Part shown: piece by piece, positions 19,083-27,812 of the stretch
How the letters are laid out: each line of letters begins with the position of its first letter
How positions within the stretch are numbered: position 1 is the stretch's first letter
Assembly: GCA_003142595.1 (NCBI GenBank)
Contig: PLMU01000010.1
Coordinates: 98,412 to 162,411, forward strand
Source of the DNA: Phycisphaerales bacterium
GTDB lineage: Bacteria; Planctomycetota; Phycisphaerae; Sedimentisphaerales; UBA12454
DNA length: 64,000 nucleotides
Direction: 5' to 3'
Position numbers and translations under genes: made by a program
Notes under the pieces: generated by a model
The model's database searches: none
What the model saw: the letters and a program-made list of their open reading frames with translations, nothing else
Told to the model about the DNA's origin: nothing

Positions 19083-20162
19083 TTACGTCTGTTTGGATAG
19101 ATTGAAAACTCTCACGGTATTTTTACCTGCCTGTTTGGCCGCATAGAGAGCTTCATCGCTATGGTGGGTTATTTCTTCAGGGCACATATCACCGTCATAT
19201 TGACCCACTCCGATACTGATTGACAGTTGAATTTTCTGTCTTTCCCATATTATTGGTGTTTCAGAAACTTCCGTGATCATTCTTTCAGCGACAATAACGG
19301 CTTCAGGTATTGTTGTATTTGGTAATATAATTGCGAATTCGTCGCCGCCGTATCGTGCAGCCACATCGATTTGACGGATGCACGCGGCTATTTTTCTGCT
19401 GACCCTTTTTATAGCCATATCGCCTGCCCGATGACCACACGAATCGTTGATTGATTTTAAGTTATCAATATCGACCATTATTATAGATATTTGTCCGCCG
19501 TAGCGCTGGCATCTGCGGAGTTCCTTTTCAAGCTGTTCATAGAACGTCCTATAATTTACCAGCCCCGTCAATCCATCTGTCTTGGCCAGGTTCTGAGTCT
19601 TTTCAAAAAGTTTTATATTGCCGATGGATGCGCCGATGAGATGTCTGAGCAGTTCGACAACAGAGATATCTTCATCGGTAAATTTATCCGCGTTGCATTT
19701 GTCGGCAAGATTAAGTACGCCTACTACTCTGTTATGGCAGACAAGCGGGGCGATAATACACGTTTGCGACTGGTAATTTTGGACGAACTTGCGGTTTTGT
19801 TTCTCTATGACAGGGGACTTATGGAATTCGATATTCTCGATAACGATAAGTTCTCTGCTGCGAACCGCCTTTATCATTGGCGATAAATTAGCCTGGTTCA
19901 GGGAGACTATGTTGTTGATAAGGTAGGGGTGGTTATGGCTTTCAAGGTGCAGCATATCGCTAACTTCATCAAGTATATATAGCGAGGCATAACAGGCGTT
20001 GATAAGTTTGGGAATCTCTTCAACGCATATTCTGCTGATTTGATGTAAATCCAGGCAATTTATCTGTTGCACCAACGGTGTGACAGCATCCAGGACACAG
20101 GTATGGTTTTTTGTCTGCCCCTGGCGAGGCGGGAAGCTGTTATTTTCTAAGTTGTTTTTCAT
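19083..20162 (-). CDS. GAF-domain diguanylate cyclase (GGDEF)
   Basis: N-terminal GAF-like region. DGLTGLVNYR, DIDNLKSINDSCGHRAGD, and RYGGDEFAIIL (GGDEF active site). Confidence 0.85.
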   Translation of the reverse strand: MKNNLENNSFPPRQGQTKNHTCVLDAVTPLVQQINCLDLHQISRICVEEIPKLINACYASLYILDEVSDMLHLESHNHPYLINNIVSLNQANLSPMIKAVRSRELIVIENIEFHKSPVIEKQNRKFVQNYQSQTCIIAPLVCHNRVVGVLNLADKCNADKFTDEDISVVELLRHLIGASIGNIKLFEKTQNLAKTDGLTGLVNYRTFYEQLEKELRRCQRYGGQISIIMVDIDNLKSINDSCGHRAGDMAIKRVSRKIAACIRQIDVAARYGGDEFAIILPNTTIPEAVIVAERMITEVSETPIIWERQKIQLSISIGVGQYDGDMCPEEITHHSDEALYAAKQAGKNTVRVFNLSKQT

Positions 20163-20386
20163 AAATACCTTAACATAAATTAGTTACAGCAAAAAAGTTA
20201 AAGCTGCTATTTCGGCAAATAATCATACATTCCTTTGGTTATCGCAAAGGTCCGAGAAAAAACACTGAATGGATGTTTTCTTTGCCCATAACTCCAAGGG
20301 CTACTAAAAGGATATGAAATCTTTCAGCCAAATCCAAACTGCGGCATAAAAAAATAAATAAAAAATTAAATTTTCAGGGAAAATTG

Positions 20387-20415
20387 TTGACGGTCCGAAA
20401 ATTATGCGTTATATT
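20387..20415 (+). promoter_or_regulatory. Putative sigma-70 promoter TTGACG-17 nt-TATATT
   Basis: TTGACG at 20387-20392, a 17-nt spacer, and TATATT at 20410-20415, ~90 nt upstream of the MerR-like gene. Confidence 0.45.
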
Positions 20416-20502
20416 TTATAAAACGTAAAAGTTAATTTTCGGGTCTCCCTAAGGGAGATTAAAGGACTAAAAAATCGGTCCTGTATCTGAAAGGTTTCAA
20501 CA

Positions 20503-20787
20503 ATGTTCGATGGTCTCAATTCAGATTCGCAAAAGAACGAAAAGAAAGGTTTTTCCACACCCGAAAAATTATATCGAATTGGCGAGGTTGTTCGCTGCAC
20601 TCCGTATTCCAGACAGACCATTCACAACTACACAATTATGGGTCTCATAAAAGAATCTTCCTGGACCGATGGCGGTCATAGATTATATGACGTAAGTGTT
20701 TTCGATAAACTTTCTCAAATCGCGGAACTTAGAAAAACTAAAACATTGGGTCAGATAAGAGATCAGCTCAGGAATATCAGTAATTAA
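20503..20787 (+). CDS. Small MerR-family HTH transcriptional regulator
   Basis: YRIGEVVRCTPYSRQTIHNYTIMGLI...GGHRLYD is the MerR-type winged HTH pattern; 94 aa. Confidence 0.7.
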   Translation: MFDGLNSDSQKNEKKGFSTPEKLYRIGEVVRCTPYSRQTIHNYTIMGLIKESSWTDGGHRLYDVSVFDKLSQIAELRKTKTLGQIRDQLRNISN

Positions 20788-20818
20788 ATTATAAGACTAA
20801 ATTTTCAGGGATGACGTT

Positions 20819-21292
20819 TTGATAGACAACAACAGACAAATGGATTTGCTATCGCTGATACGAGACAACATTGATGAGATACTCGTCAAAGTTATTCAGT
20901 TTACCTATGTCCACCATAGTTTCATTTCAAATAACATAAAAAATTGTCGAGTTGCAGGTTTTGTCCCCAGATACATTGATGTTGAAGATTTCGCAAAGGT
21001 TATTTCCGTTGCGCTGACGGAGCATCAGGATAGCAAACGTCTTGCTCTGTGCGACAGCCGAACCGTCAGTTTTCTGCCGGGTGGAAATTTTGCTTTAGAA
21101 TCTCAAATTGATACTCAGGCAGCAAGTCTGATTGAAAACGATTTTGATGCTTATGTGAAACTTCAGAAAGACAGACTGAAAGAAAACGTAATTAATAACA
21201 GGACTGCCTGCGCTCTGTTGGAGCACAAATTATACAACTCTGGGGAGCCGATGAATCAATCGAGAGATAATACGGTAAAAAACAAGGTATAA
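20819..21292 (+). CDS. Hypothetical protein, weakly FlgB-like (flagellar proximal rod)
   Basis: TTG start. FISNNIKNCRVAGFVPRYIDVEDF loosely resembles the FlgB/FlgC N-terminal SNIAN..TPGYK..d.F box. It sits just upstream of flhG-fliA. Confidence 0.3.
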   Translation: MIDNNRQMDLLSLIRDNIDEILVKVIQFTYVHHSFISNNIKNCRVAGFVPRYIDVEDFAKVISVALTEHQDSKRLALCDSRTVSFLPGGNFALESQIDTQAASLIENDFDAYVKLQKDRLKENVINNRTACALLEHKLYNSGEPMNQSRDNTVKNKV

Positions 21293-21343
21293 CTCTTTGC
21301 TAAATAAAGACTTAAATAATATTTAACCGGACTTATTTTTTTC

Positions 21344-22204
21344 ATGGAGGAACAGATGAGCCAGGGAAGCGTTCAGGAGCTGGCTGTGCTTGCCGCCAAT
21401 AGCGTCAAGAAAGCAATGATACTAACTATAGCCAGCGGTAAGGGTGGAGTAGGCAAGACAAATATCGCTGCGAATCTATCGATATGTCTTGCCGCGGCAG
21501 GAAAAAGAGTTGCAATTCTCGATGCGGATTTCGGTCTGGCAAATCTCGATATTGTTCTCGGCATCAACAGCAAATACAATCTGTCTCATTTTATAAAAGG
21601 CGTTAAAAAACTGGACGAGATTTCTCAGCCGGTCTGCGAAGGCGTCGATGTTTACTGCGGTTTCTCAGGTGTTGAGCACCTGGCTCATATCACAGATTTT
21701 ACCAGGGAAAGAATCGTAGCGGCGCTGGATACTCTCGCTGAAAACTACGACATCGTTGTAGTGGATACCGCCGCCGGTATCGGCAAAACCGTGCTGGCGT
21801 TTTGTATGGCATCTGACCACACTATTCTTGTAGGTACTCCCGATCCTGCGGCAATAACAGACGTTTATACGCTTTTAAAAGCGATGACAATCAACAAGTA
21901 TAAAGGCAGATCAAGTCTGCTGGTTAATATGGCACAGGATATCAACCAGGGCAAAAAGATATACAGGCAAATCGCCTCGGCGGCAGCTCAGTTTCTCGAT
22001 GTTACTCTGAATATGGCGGGAGTTATGTTAAGAGACGATTATGTTGTTACCTCTGTTCGCAAAAGAGAGCCTGTTGTTCTGGCTTATCCGAAAAGCCCGA
22101 CAGCCAAATCTCTTATGGGCGTTGCCGCAAGAATCAGCAGGGTGCCGTTGTCTGCTTCGGCGGATGAAGGATTTTTCAAAAAAGTTGTTAACTGGTTTTT
22201 TTAA
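21344..22204 (+). CDS. flhG: MinD/ParA-family ATPase, flagellar number regulator FlhG (YlxH)-like
   Basis: Deviant Walker A ASGKGGVGKT, DADFGLANLD, and VVDTAAG. C-terminal amphipathic GFFKKVVNWFF (membrane-targeting helix). Immediately precedes fliA. Confidence 0.8.
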   Translation: MEEQMSQGSVQELAVLAANSVKKAMILTIASGKGGVGKTNIAANLSICLAAAGKRVAILDADFGLANLDIVLGINSKYNLSHFIKGVKKLDEISQPVCEGVDVYCGFSGVEHLAHITDFTRERIVAALDTLAENYDIVVVDTAAGIGKTVLAFCMASDHTILVGTPDPAAITDVYTLLKAMTINKYKGRSSLLVNMAQDINQGKKIYRQIASAAAQFLDVTLNMAGVMLRDDYVVTSVRKREPVVLAYPKSPTAKSLMGVAARISRVPLSASADEGFFKKVVNWFF

Positions 22205-22251
22205 TAAACCGTCATTTGTTGTTAACTGGTTTTTCTAATAAACCATCGTTT
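22184..22251. repeat. 34-bp tandem duplication (2 copies, 3 mismatches) spanning the flhG stop codon
   Basis: gttgttaactggtttttttaataaaccgtcattt (22184-22217) is followed directly by gttgttaactggtttttctaataaaccatcgttt (22218-22251). Confidence 0.85.
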
Positions 22252-22385
22252 TTAAAGGACCGATATATAAAGATAGCCGTTAAAGCCGTTATATCCTGCT
22301 TAAACGATACTTTTTTAAAGGATTGGTTTGTGATTCAGCGGCTTATGGGACTTTGCAGTGATTTGAAATTTTTGGAGGACTTACA

Positions 22386-23174
22386 ATGCCTGCAGTAAAA
22401 AAAGCGACAGTGGAAGTGAATATAGATGCGATATGGGTAAAGTTCTTTAAAGAACGGTCTGAAACACTGCGTAATAAGATAATGGAATACTATCTGCCGC
22501 TGGTCAAATACACGGCGGAACGCATATATGTCAAATTGCCGGACAAAGTTGAAGTCGACGACCTTACCAGCGCCGGAATATTCGGCCTGATGGACGCGAT
22601 TGACGCTTTCGACCCGAAACGGGGAGTAAAGTTCGCAACTTATTGCACGCCGCGTATCAGAGGCTCCATTCTCGATGAGCTGCGGAGTATGGACTGGGTT
22701 CCGCGTCTTGTCAGGGCAAGAGCGCATCAGCTAGGTAATGCTACAAGAACGCTTGAATCGCATCTCGGCAGAGTTCCTACCGAACAGGAAATCGCCGGCG
22801 AACTTGATATGGATATGGAAAATTTTCATCGCCTTCAGCATGACGCCAGCGCTATCGGTCTTGTTTCGCTCAGCAATAATCTCGATTTCGACGGCGATAA
22901 CGATATTTGCGAAATTGATGTAATCGAGGATAAAAAAAGCGAAGACCCGATGACCGAAGCTCAGAAACGCGACCTCAAAAGCCTTCTGACCAAAGGCCTT
23001 AGCAGGGCGGAAAGACTTATTCTTGTCCTTTATTACTACGAGGAAATGACGATGAAGGAAATCGGCGCAACTCTCGATTTGTCCGAGTCGAGAGTATCGC
23101 AGATGCATTCTTCCATAGTCGCCAGACTCAAAGCCCAGATGGAAACGCGAAAAAAGGAATTTTCGCCGAAATAA
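22386..23174 (+). CDS. fliA: Flagellar sigma factor FliA/WhiG (sigma-28)
   Basis: Region 2 (DLTSAGIFGLMDAIDAFDP..G.KFATYCTPRIRGSILDELR), region 3, and region 4 (MTMKEIGATLDLSESRVSQMHS); 262 aa. Confidence 0.88.
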   Translation: MPAVKKATVEVNIDAIWVKFFKERSETLRNKIMEYYLPLVKYTAERIYVKLPDKVEVDDLTSAGIFGLMDAIDAFDPKRGVKFATYCTPRIRGSILDELRSMDWVPRLVRARAHQLGNATRTLESHLGRVPTEQEIAGELDMDMENFHRLQHDASAIGLVSLSNNLDFDGDNDICEIDVIEDKKSEDPMTEAQKRDLKSLLTKGLSRAERLILVLYYYEEMTMKEIGATLDLSESRVSQMHSSIVARLKAQMETRKKEFSPK

Positions 23175-23269
23175 GGCATTGGGCTTAGGGGTTGGAAAAA
23201 AATCTTTATCTTTTCCTTTGGTTTTAGTATCATAATATACTGAAACTCTGTCTATATCTGGAAAATAAT

Positions 23270-24115
23270 ATGCGTTTTACGAAAATGCACGGCTTGGGTA
23301 ACGATTACGTCTATGTAAACTGCTTTGAAGAGAAAGTAATCTCGCCCGAAAAACTCGCTATTACAATAAGCGACCGCCATCGCGGCGTTGGCGCAGATGG
23401 TCTGATTTTAATTTCGCCTTCAGATATAGCCGATGTGAAAATGAGAATTTTTAACGCCGACGGCTCCGAAGCGCAGATGTGCGGAAACGGTATCCGCTGT
23501 GTCGCAAAATACGCTTACGAGCATAATCTTGCCAAAGGCAAAAAACCTTCTATGAGCGTCGAGACCGGCAGGGGCGTGCTTACGCTTGGCCTTGAGATTG
23601 ACAAAAAAGACAAAGTTCAAAATGTCTGCGTCAATATGGGCCAGCCCGTTCTCGAACCGGCCAAAATTCCTGTTGCCCTCGAAGGCGACAGCATAATTGA
23701 AGCGGCTATCGATGTTCGCAATCAGCGAATGCTGATGACTTGCGTTTCGATGGGAAATCCGCACGCGGTATTTTTTACCGACGACCTTTCGGCGATTGAA
23801 CTTGAAAAAGTCGGGCCGGTAATTGAAAACCACGAGCTTTTTCAGCAGAGAATCAACGCCCATTTTGTCAAAGTCGATTCACCGAACGAATTTACAATGA
23901 TAACCTGGGAACGCGGCAGCGGCATAACTCTTGCCTGCGGCACCGGCGCCTGCGCTTGTTGCGTCGCCGCTGTTCTTACCGACAGATGCAAAAGAGAAGT
24001 TACCGCCCATCTGCCCGGCGGCGATTTGCGAATTAACTGGTCGCAAAAAGACAATTGCGTTTATATGACCGGTCCAGCGACGGAAGTTTTCACGGGCGTC
24101 TGGCCGGAAAAATAG
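23270..24115 (+). CDS. dapF: Diaminopimelate epimerase
   Basis: FTKMHGLGNDYVYV, the NADGSEAQMCGNGIRC (Cys1) motif, and the ERGSGITLACGTGACA (Cys2) motif. Confidence 0.92.
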   Translation: MRFTKMHGLGNDYVYVNCFEEKVISPEKLAITISDRHRGVGADGLILISPSDIADVKMRIFNADGSEAQMCGNGIRCVAKYAYEHNLAKGKKPSMSVETGRGVLTLGLEIDKKDKVQNVCVNMGQPVLEPAKIPVALEGDSIIEAAIDVRNQRMLMTCVSMGNPHAVFFTDDLSAIELEKVGPVIENHELFQQRINAHFVKVDSPNEFTMITWERGSGITLACGTGACACCVAAVLTDRCKREVTAHLPGGDLRINWSQKDNCVYMTGPATEVFTGVWPEK

Positions 24116-24121
24116 TCAGTA

Positions 24122-25045
24122 ATGACAATCGAAGAAGAAATTAAGCAAAAGGCTTTTTCGCTGGGTTTTGACCTGGTGGGCCTCACTTCAGCCGATGATA
24201 TTGATTCGCTGCAAATCCAAAAATTCAAAAACTGGCTCGACGCAGGCTGTAATGGCCGGATGGATTTTTTGGCCGCCAATATCGAAAAGCGTTTCAGCCC
24301 CGTTTCAATTCTTCCTGACGCCAAATCCGTAATTTGTGTTGCACTTAATTATAAATTGCCGCAGCATCCGGAAAAAGATTATCTTAAAATCGCTTCTTAT
24401 GCACTGTATCCGGACTATCATAAATTCATTAAGGAAAAACTATTTATTCTTGCTGATTTTTTGAAAAGTAAGAATGAAAATTCAAAATTAAAAATTTGTG
24501 TCGATTCTTCGCCTATCGCGGAAAAGGCTCTTGCCCTGCGGGCAGGACTTGGATTCATAGGGAAAAATCGTTTGCTTATAAATCCGAAATTCGGTTCTTT
24601 TTTATTGCTTGGCGAAATTATTACCAATCTTCCGCTGAAACCGGATAATTCTTTCAATGGGTTTTCCTGTGGAGATTGCCGAAAGTGTATCGAGGCCTGC
24701 CCGACCGCGGCTTTATCTGTCGATGGTTTTGATGCCCGCAGATGTATAAGCTATCTTACGATTGAGCACAAAGGAAGAATTTCTACAGAATTGAAAAGCA
24801 AAATGGACTCTCATCTTTTCGGCTGTGAAAAATGTCTGCTCGCTTGTCCGTATAATGAAAAATCGCCGGCGTGTGAAAAGCAAAATTACGATTTTACCCC
24901 TAAGGGGGTTGAACTTGGGCCTGATGCTGTGCTTGGCTGGTCAAAAACTGATTTTGAAACCTTCGCTGCAAATTCGGCAATGAAACGTACCGGTCTTCGT
25001 CGAATAAAACGCAATGCCCTTATCTGCAAAAAAAATCAGCAATAA
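24122..25045 (+). CDS. queG: tRNA epoxyqueuosine(34) reductase
   Basis: N-terminal QueG-type domain (GFDLVGLTSAD...W...G..G.M.FL). Two 4Fe-4S motifs, CGDCRKCIEACP and CEKCLLACP. HEAT-like C-terminus. Confidence 0.88.
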   Translation: MTIEEEIKQKAFSLGFDLVGLTSADDIDSLQIQKFKNWLDAGCNGRMDFLAANIEKRFSPVSILPDAKSVICVALNYKLPQHPEKDYLKIASYALYPDYHKFIKEKLFILADFLKSKNENSKLKICVDSSPIAEKALALRAGLGFIGKNRLLINPKFGSFLLLGEIITNLPLKPDNSFNGFSCGDCRKCIEACPTAALSVDGFDARRCISYLTIEHKGRISTELKSKMDSHLFGCEKCLLACPYNEKSPACEKQNYDFTPKGVELGPDAVLGWSKTDFETFAANSAMKRTGLRRIKRNALICKKNQQ

Positions 25046-25048
25046 TTT

Positions 25049-25387
25049 TTACTGCCCTAATACTTCTAACGCGTCCATAACTTCCATAACGTGCATATAT
25101 GCAGGTCCGCCGCCCATTACTACCGCAACCGATACCGCTTCGAGTATTTGTGCTTTAGTTGAGCCGGTTTCGAGGCATTTTTTTGTGTGTGCCATAATGC
25201 AGGGATGGCAATTAGCCGCAACGGCTATGCTTAGCGCGATTAGTTCTTTTTCGCGAAGACTTATAGCGCCATCGGTCATAACCTTAGAGAATAGTCCCCC
25301 GAATCCTGCCACCATTGCCGGAGCGTCTTTTTTCATTTTTTCCATTTTCCCGCTGACTTCTGTGTAAAATTCTTTTGCTCTTGACAT
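25049..25387 (-). CDS. Carboxymuconolactone decarboxylase / AhpD-like family protein
   Basis: LREKELIALSIAVAANCHPCIMAHTKK has the CxxC in the AhpD-like helix context; 112 aa. Confidence 0.75.
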   Translation of the reverse strand: MSRAKEFYTEVSGKMEKMKKDAPAMVAGFGGLFSKVMTDGAISLREKELIALSIAVAANCHPCIMAHTKKCLETGSTKAQILEAVSVAVVMGGGPAYMHVMEVMDALEVLGQ

Positions 25388-25402
25388 AGTAACCTCCCAT
25401 TA

Positions 25403-25894
25403 TCACATTCTTGCTAACATATCTCTAATATAACGTTCGAGAACTTTTTTCGGTATATCCTGCAATTGCGGCTCGGGTTGTTTTGACTTTAATATATTGC
25501 CGAGAATAGTCCTGGCAGTTGCCTTATAGGCCGCAATTTTTCCCGCAATACTATTAGCCTCGTCGAGCGAGCCGTCGGCCATTAATCTCAGGTACTTGAT
25601 TACCAGTGCCATAAGCTCTGTTTCACTGGTTTTCCCCGGGGTCGCTTCCGCAGGCTCTTCTGTCACGTGCAGAAGATTTTCGGTAATATTAAATGTCTCT
25701 TTCATCATCTGATTATATTGTTTCTCTTCGCTTTCGTCTATCGGCGACAGTTTCAATTCTTCTTCCTCTTCGGTTTCAGGCATTGGTATATAGCAGCGAT
25801 GATTGCAAAATGGGCATTTGCCCCATTTGCCGCCCGCGTTGTCGGGTGCGATAATTTTCTTTTTGCAGCTCTCACAGTGTAATGTTATTGGCAT
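25403..25894 (-). CDS. Hypothetical protein with N-terminal zinc ribbon
   Basis: CESCKKK...CPFCNHRC (a four-Cys ribbon), an acidic linker, and a helical C-terminus. No family recognised. Confidence 0.5.
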   Translation of the reverse strand: MPITLHCESCKKKIIAPDNAGGKWGKCPFCNHRCYIPMPETEEEEELKLSPIDESEEKQYNQMMKETFNITENLLHVTEEPAEATPGKTSETELMALVIKYLRLMADGSLDEANSIAGKIAAYKATARTILGNILKSKQPEPQLQDIPKKVLERYIRDMLARM

Positions 25895-25909
25895 TTATTG
25901 TCTCCTTCT

Positions 25910-26254
25910 TTAATGAGGATATTGTGCGACAACTTCTGTTGTGATTCCGCCTCGCGGAGTAAATTTTGCAGTTACCTTCATACGTTTCGGACTGCAAACC
26001 GCCGCAAGCTCGTCGAGTATCTGGTTTGTCAGGGCCTCGTAAAAAATCCCTTTGTTCCTGAAGTTTTGCATATAAAGTTTTAAACTTTTCAGCTCGATAC
26101 AGCTTTTATCGGGGCAGTAATCGATAATAATTTCGCCGAAGTCCGGCTGGCCTGTCTTGGGACAAAGGCTGGTGAATTCCGGACAGTGAATGGTAATCGT
26201 ATATTCACGGCCTGACCGCGGATTATCGAAAAGTTCAATTTTTGGCTCGCTCAT
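25910..26254 (-). CDS. queF: NADPH-dependent 7-cyano-7-deazaguanine (preQ0) reductase, type I
   Basis: [42 protein letters not shown] is the QueF motif with the catalytic Cys; 114 aa. Confidence 0.9.
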   Translation of the reverse strand: MSEPKIELFDNPRSGREYTITIHCPEFTSLCPKTGQPDFGEIIIDYCPDKSCIELKSLKLYMQNFRNKGIFYEALTNQILDELAAVCSPKRMKVTAKFTPRGGITTEVVAQYPH

Positions 26255-26334
26255 TGGGTTACCTTTATGTATATTATTTAGCGGTAATACTATAATATAA
26301 TTTTGCGATTTTGCAAGTGGAGTAATCCTGATTT

Positions 26335-27033
26335 ATGGCAAAAAAAGTTAAAAAGGCCGTTATTTTGCTCAGCGGAGGACTTGATTCGGCTACAACTCTG
26401 GCAATTGCCAGGGAGTTTAAATTTGCTTGTTTCGCCCTTACGTTCCGCTATGGCCAAAAGCACAGCGTCGAGGTCAAATCCGCCTATGCTGTCGCAAAGG
26501 CTTTGGGAGCGGCAGGGCACAAAATAATTGACATTGCCCCCGGCGCCTTTAGCGGCTCGGCCCTGACGGATTCATTGATTAAAGTTCCGCTCGACAGGAA
26601 AATCGACTCTTCGAAAATTCCGATAACTTACGTCCCGGCCAGAAATACGATTTTTTTAAGTTATGCTCTTGCCTTTGCCGAGTCCATTGGAGCATTCGAT
26701 ATTTTCATTGGCGTAAACGCCACCGACTACAGCGGGTATCCGGATTGCAGACCTGAGTATATCAAAGCCTTTGAAAAAATGGCGAATCTCGCCACTGCCG
26801 CTGCCGTTCAGAAAAAAGGCAAATTTAAAATCAATACTCCGATTATAAAAATGTCCAAGGCTCAGATTATTAAAATCGGCATCTGGCTTGGCGTTGATTA
26901 TTCCCTGACTCATAGCTGTTATAATCCCGCCAAAACCGGCAGACCTTGCGGCAGATGTGATTCCTGCCGCCTGCGGCTCAAAGGTTTCGCCCAGGCCGGA
27001 TTTGAAGACCCGCTCAATTATGCAAAACGCTGA
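26335..27033 (+). CDS. queC: 7-cyano-7-deazaguanine synthase
   Basis: AVILLSGGLDSAT (PP-loop), YGQKH, VPARN, and the C-terminal Zn site CYNP...CGRCDSC. Confidence 0.92.
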   Translation: MAKKVKKAVILLSGGLDSATTLAIAREFKFACFALTFRYGQKHSVEVKSAYAVAKALGAAGHKIIDIAPGAFSGSALTDSLIKVPLDRKIDSSKIPITYVPARNTIFLSYALAFAESIGAFDIFIGVNATDYSGYPDCRPEYIKAFEKMANLATAAAVQKKGKFKINTPIIKMSKAQIIKIGIWLGVDYSLTHSCYNPAKTGRPCGRCDSCRLRLKGFAQAGFEDPLNYAKR

Positions 27034-27691
27034 AATAAAAATTTCTGAAATTTTTTATTCAATCCAGGGCGAAGGCCTTCTCGCTGGCAGACCCAGTGTG
27101 TTTATCAGACTCGCCGGCTGTCCGCTACGATGCAAATTCTGCGATACTAATTACGCTCTCGATTCATCGGCCGGTAAAAAGATGACAATCGCTGAAATAA
27201 AAGAGCAGGTAAAAAAATATAAGCCCAAATATATTGTCATCACCGGCGGCGAGCCGATGATTAGTCCTGATTTGCCTCTGCTTTGCAAATCATTGAAAAA
27301 TTTTCACATTACAATTGAAACATCTGGAATAAAATTTCTCCCGCGCCTCAAATGCAATCTTATGAGTATTGGCCCCAAACTTTCCAATGCGTATTTGAAA
27401 AAATCAGACAAAAAAAGATACCTGAAAATCGACCATCTGAAAAAACTGATAAAAGAATATGATTATCAGTTAAAATTCGTTGTCGAAAAGGCAAAAGATA
27501 TCGCCGAAGTTAAGCAAATTATCGAGGAAATTAAAACTGTTGACTGCTCAAAGGTTTTATTAATGCCTCAGGCCAAAAATCTTTCCCAGTATCTGAACAG
27601 AAGTCCGCTCGTAGCCAGACTTTGCAAAGAAAATGGTTTTACATTCAGCCCCCGTTTGCAGCTTGTTTTCGGTGAAATAAAGCCTGTATAA
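27020..27691 (+). CDS. queE: 7-carboxy-7-deazaguanine synthase (radical SAM)
   Basis: ISEIFYSIQGEG...FIRLAGCPLRCKFCDT (CxxxCxxC-type cluster). Start set at ATG 27020, a 14-nt overlap with queC. Confidence 0.85.
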   Translation: MQNAEIKISEIFYSIQGEGLLAGRPSVFIRLAGCPLRCKFCDTNYALDSSAGKKMTIAEIKEQVKKYKPKYIVITGGEPMISPDLPLLCKSLKNFHITIETSGIKFLPRLKCNLMSIGPKLSNAYLKKSDKKRYLKIDHLKKLIKEYDYQLKFVVEKAKDIAEVKQIIEEIKTVDCSKVLLMPQAKNLSQYLNRSPLVARLCKENGFTFSPRLQLVFGEIKPV

Positions 27692-27812
27692 ATTTTATTC
27701 AGGACGCAGCTTGAAATATTCTTGATTTTTCTCCTGCGGCGCCGTAGCCTGTTTTCAGGTATTAAACAACCGGGGCCTGATTTAATCAGAAAGTACATAT
27801 AAAGGTTTTATT

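Noticed and set aside
26255-26334. Possible preQ1 riboswitch between queF and queC
   Set aside because: I looked for the compact preQ1-I/II hairpin plus A-rich tail consensus on both strands and found nothing convincing. The spacer is only 80 bp and mostly promoter-like AT sequence. A cmsearch would settle it.
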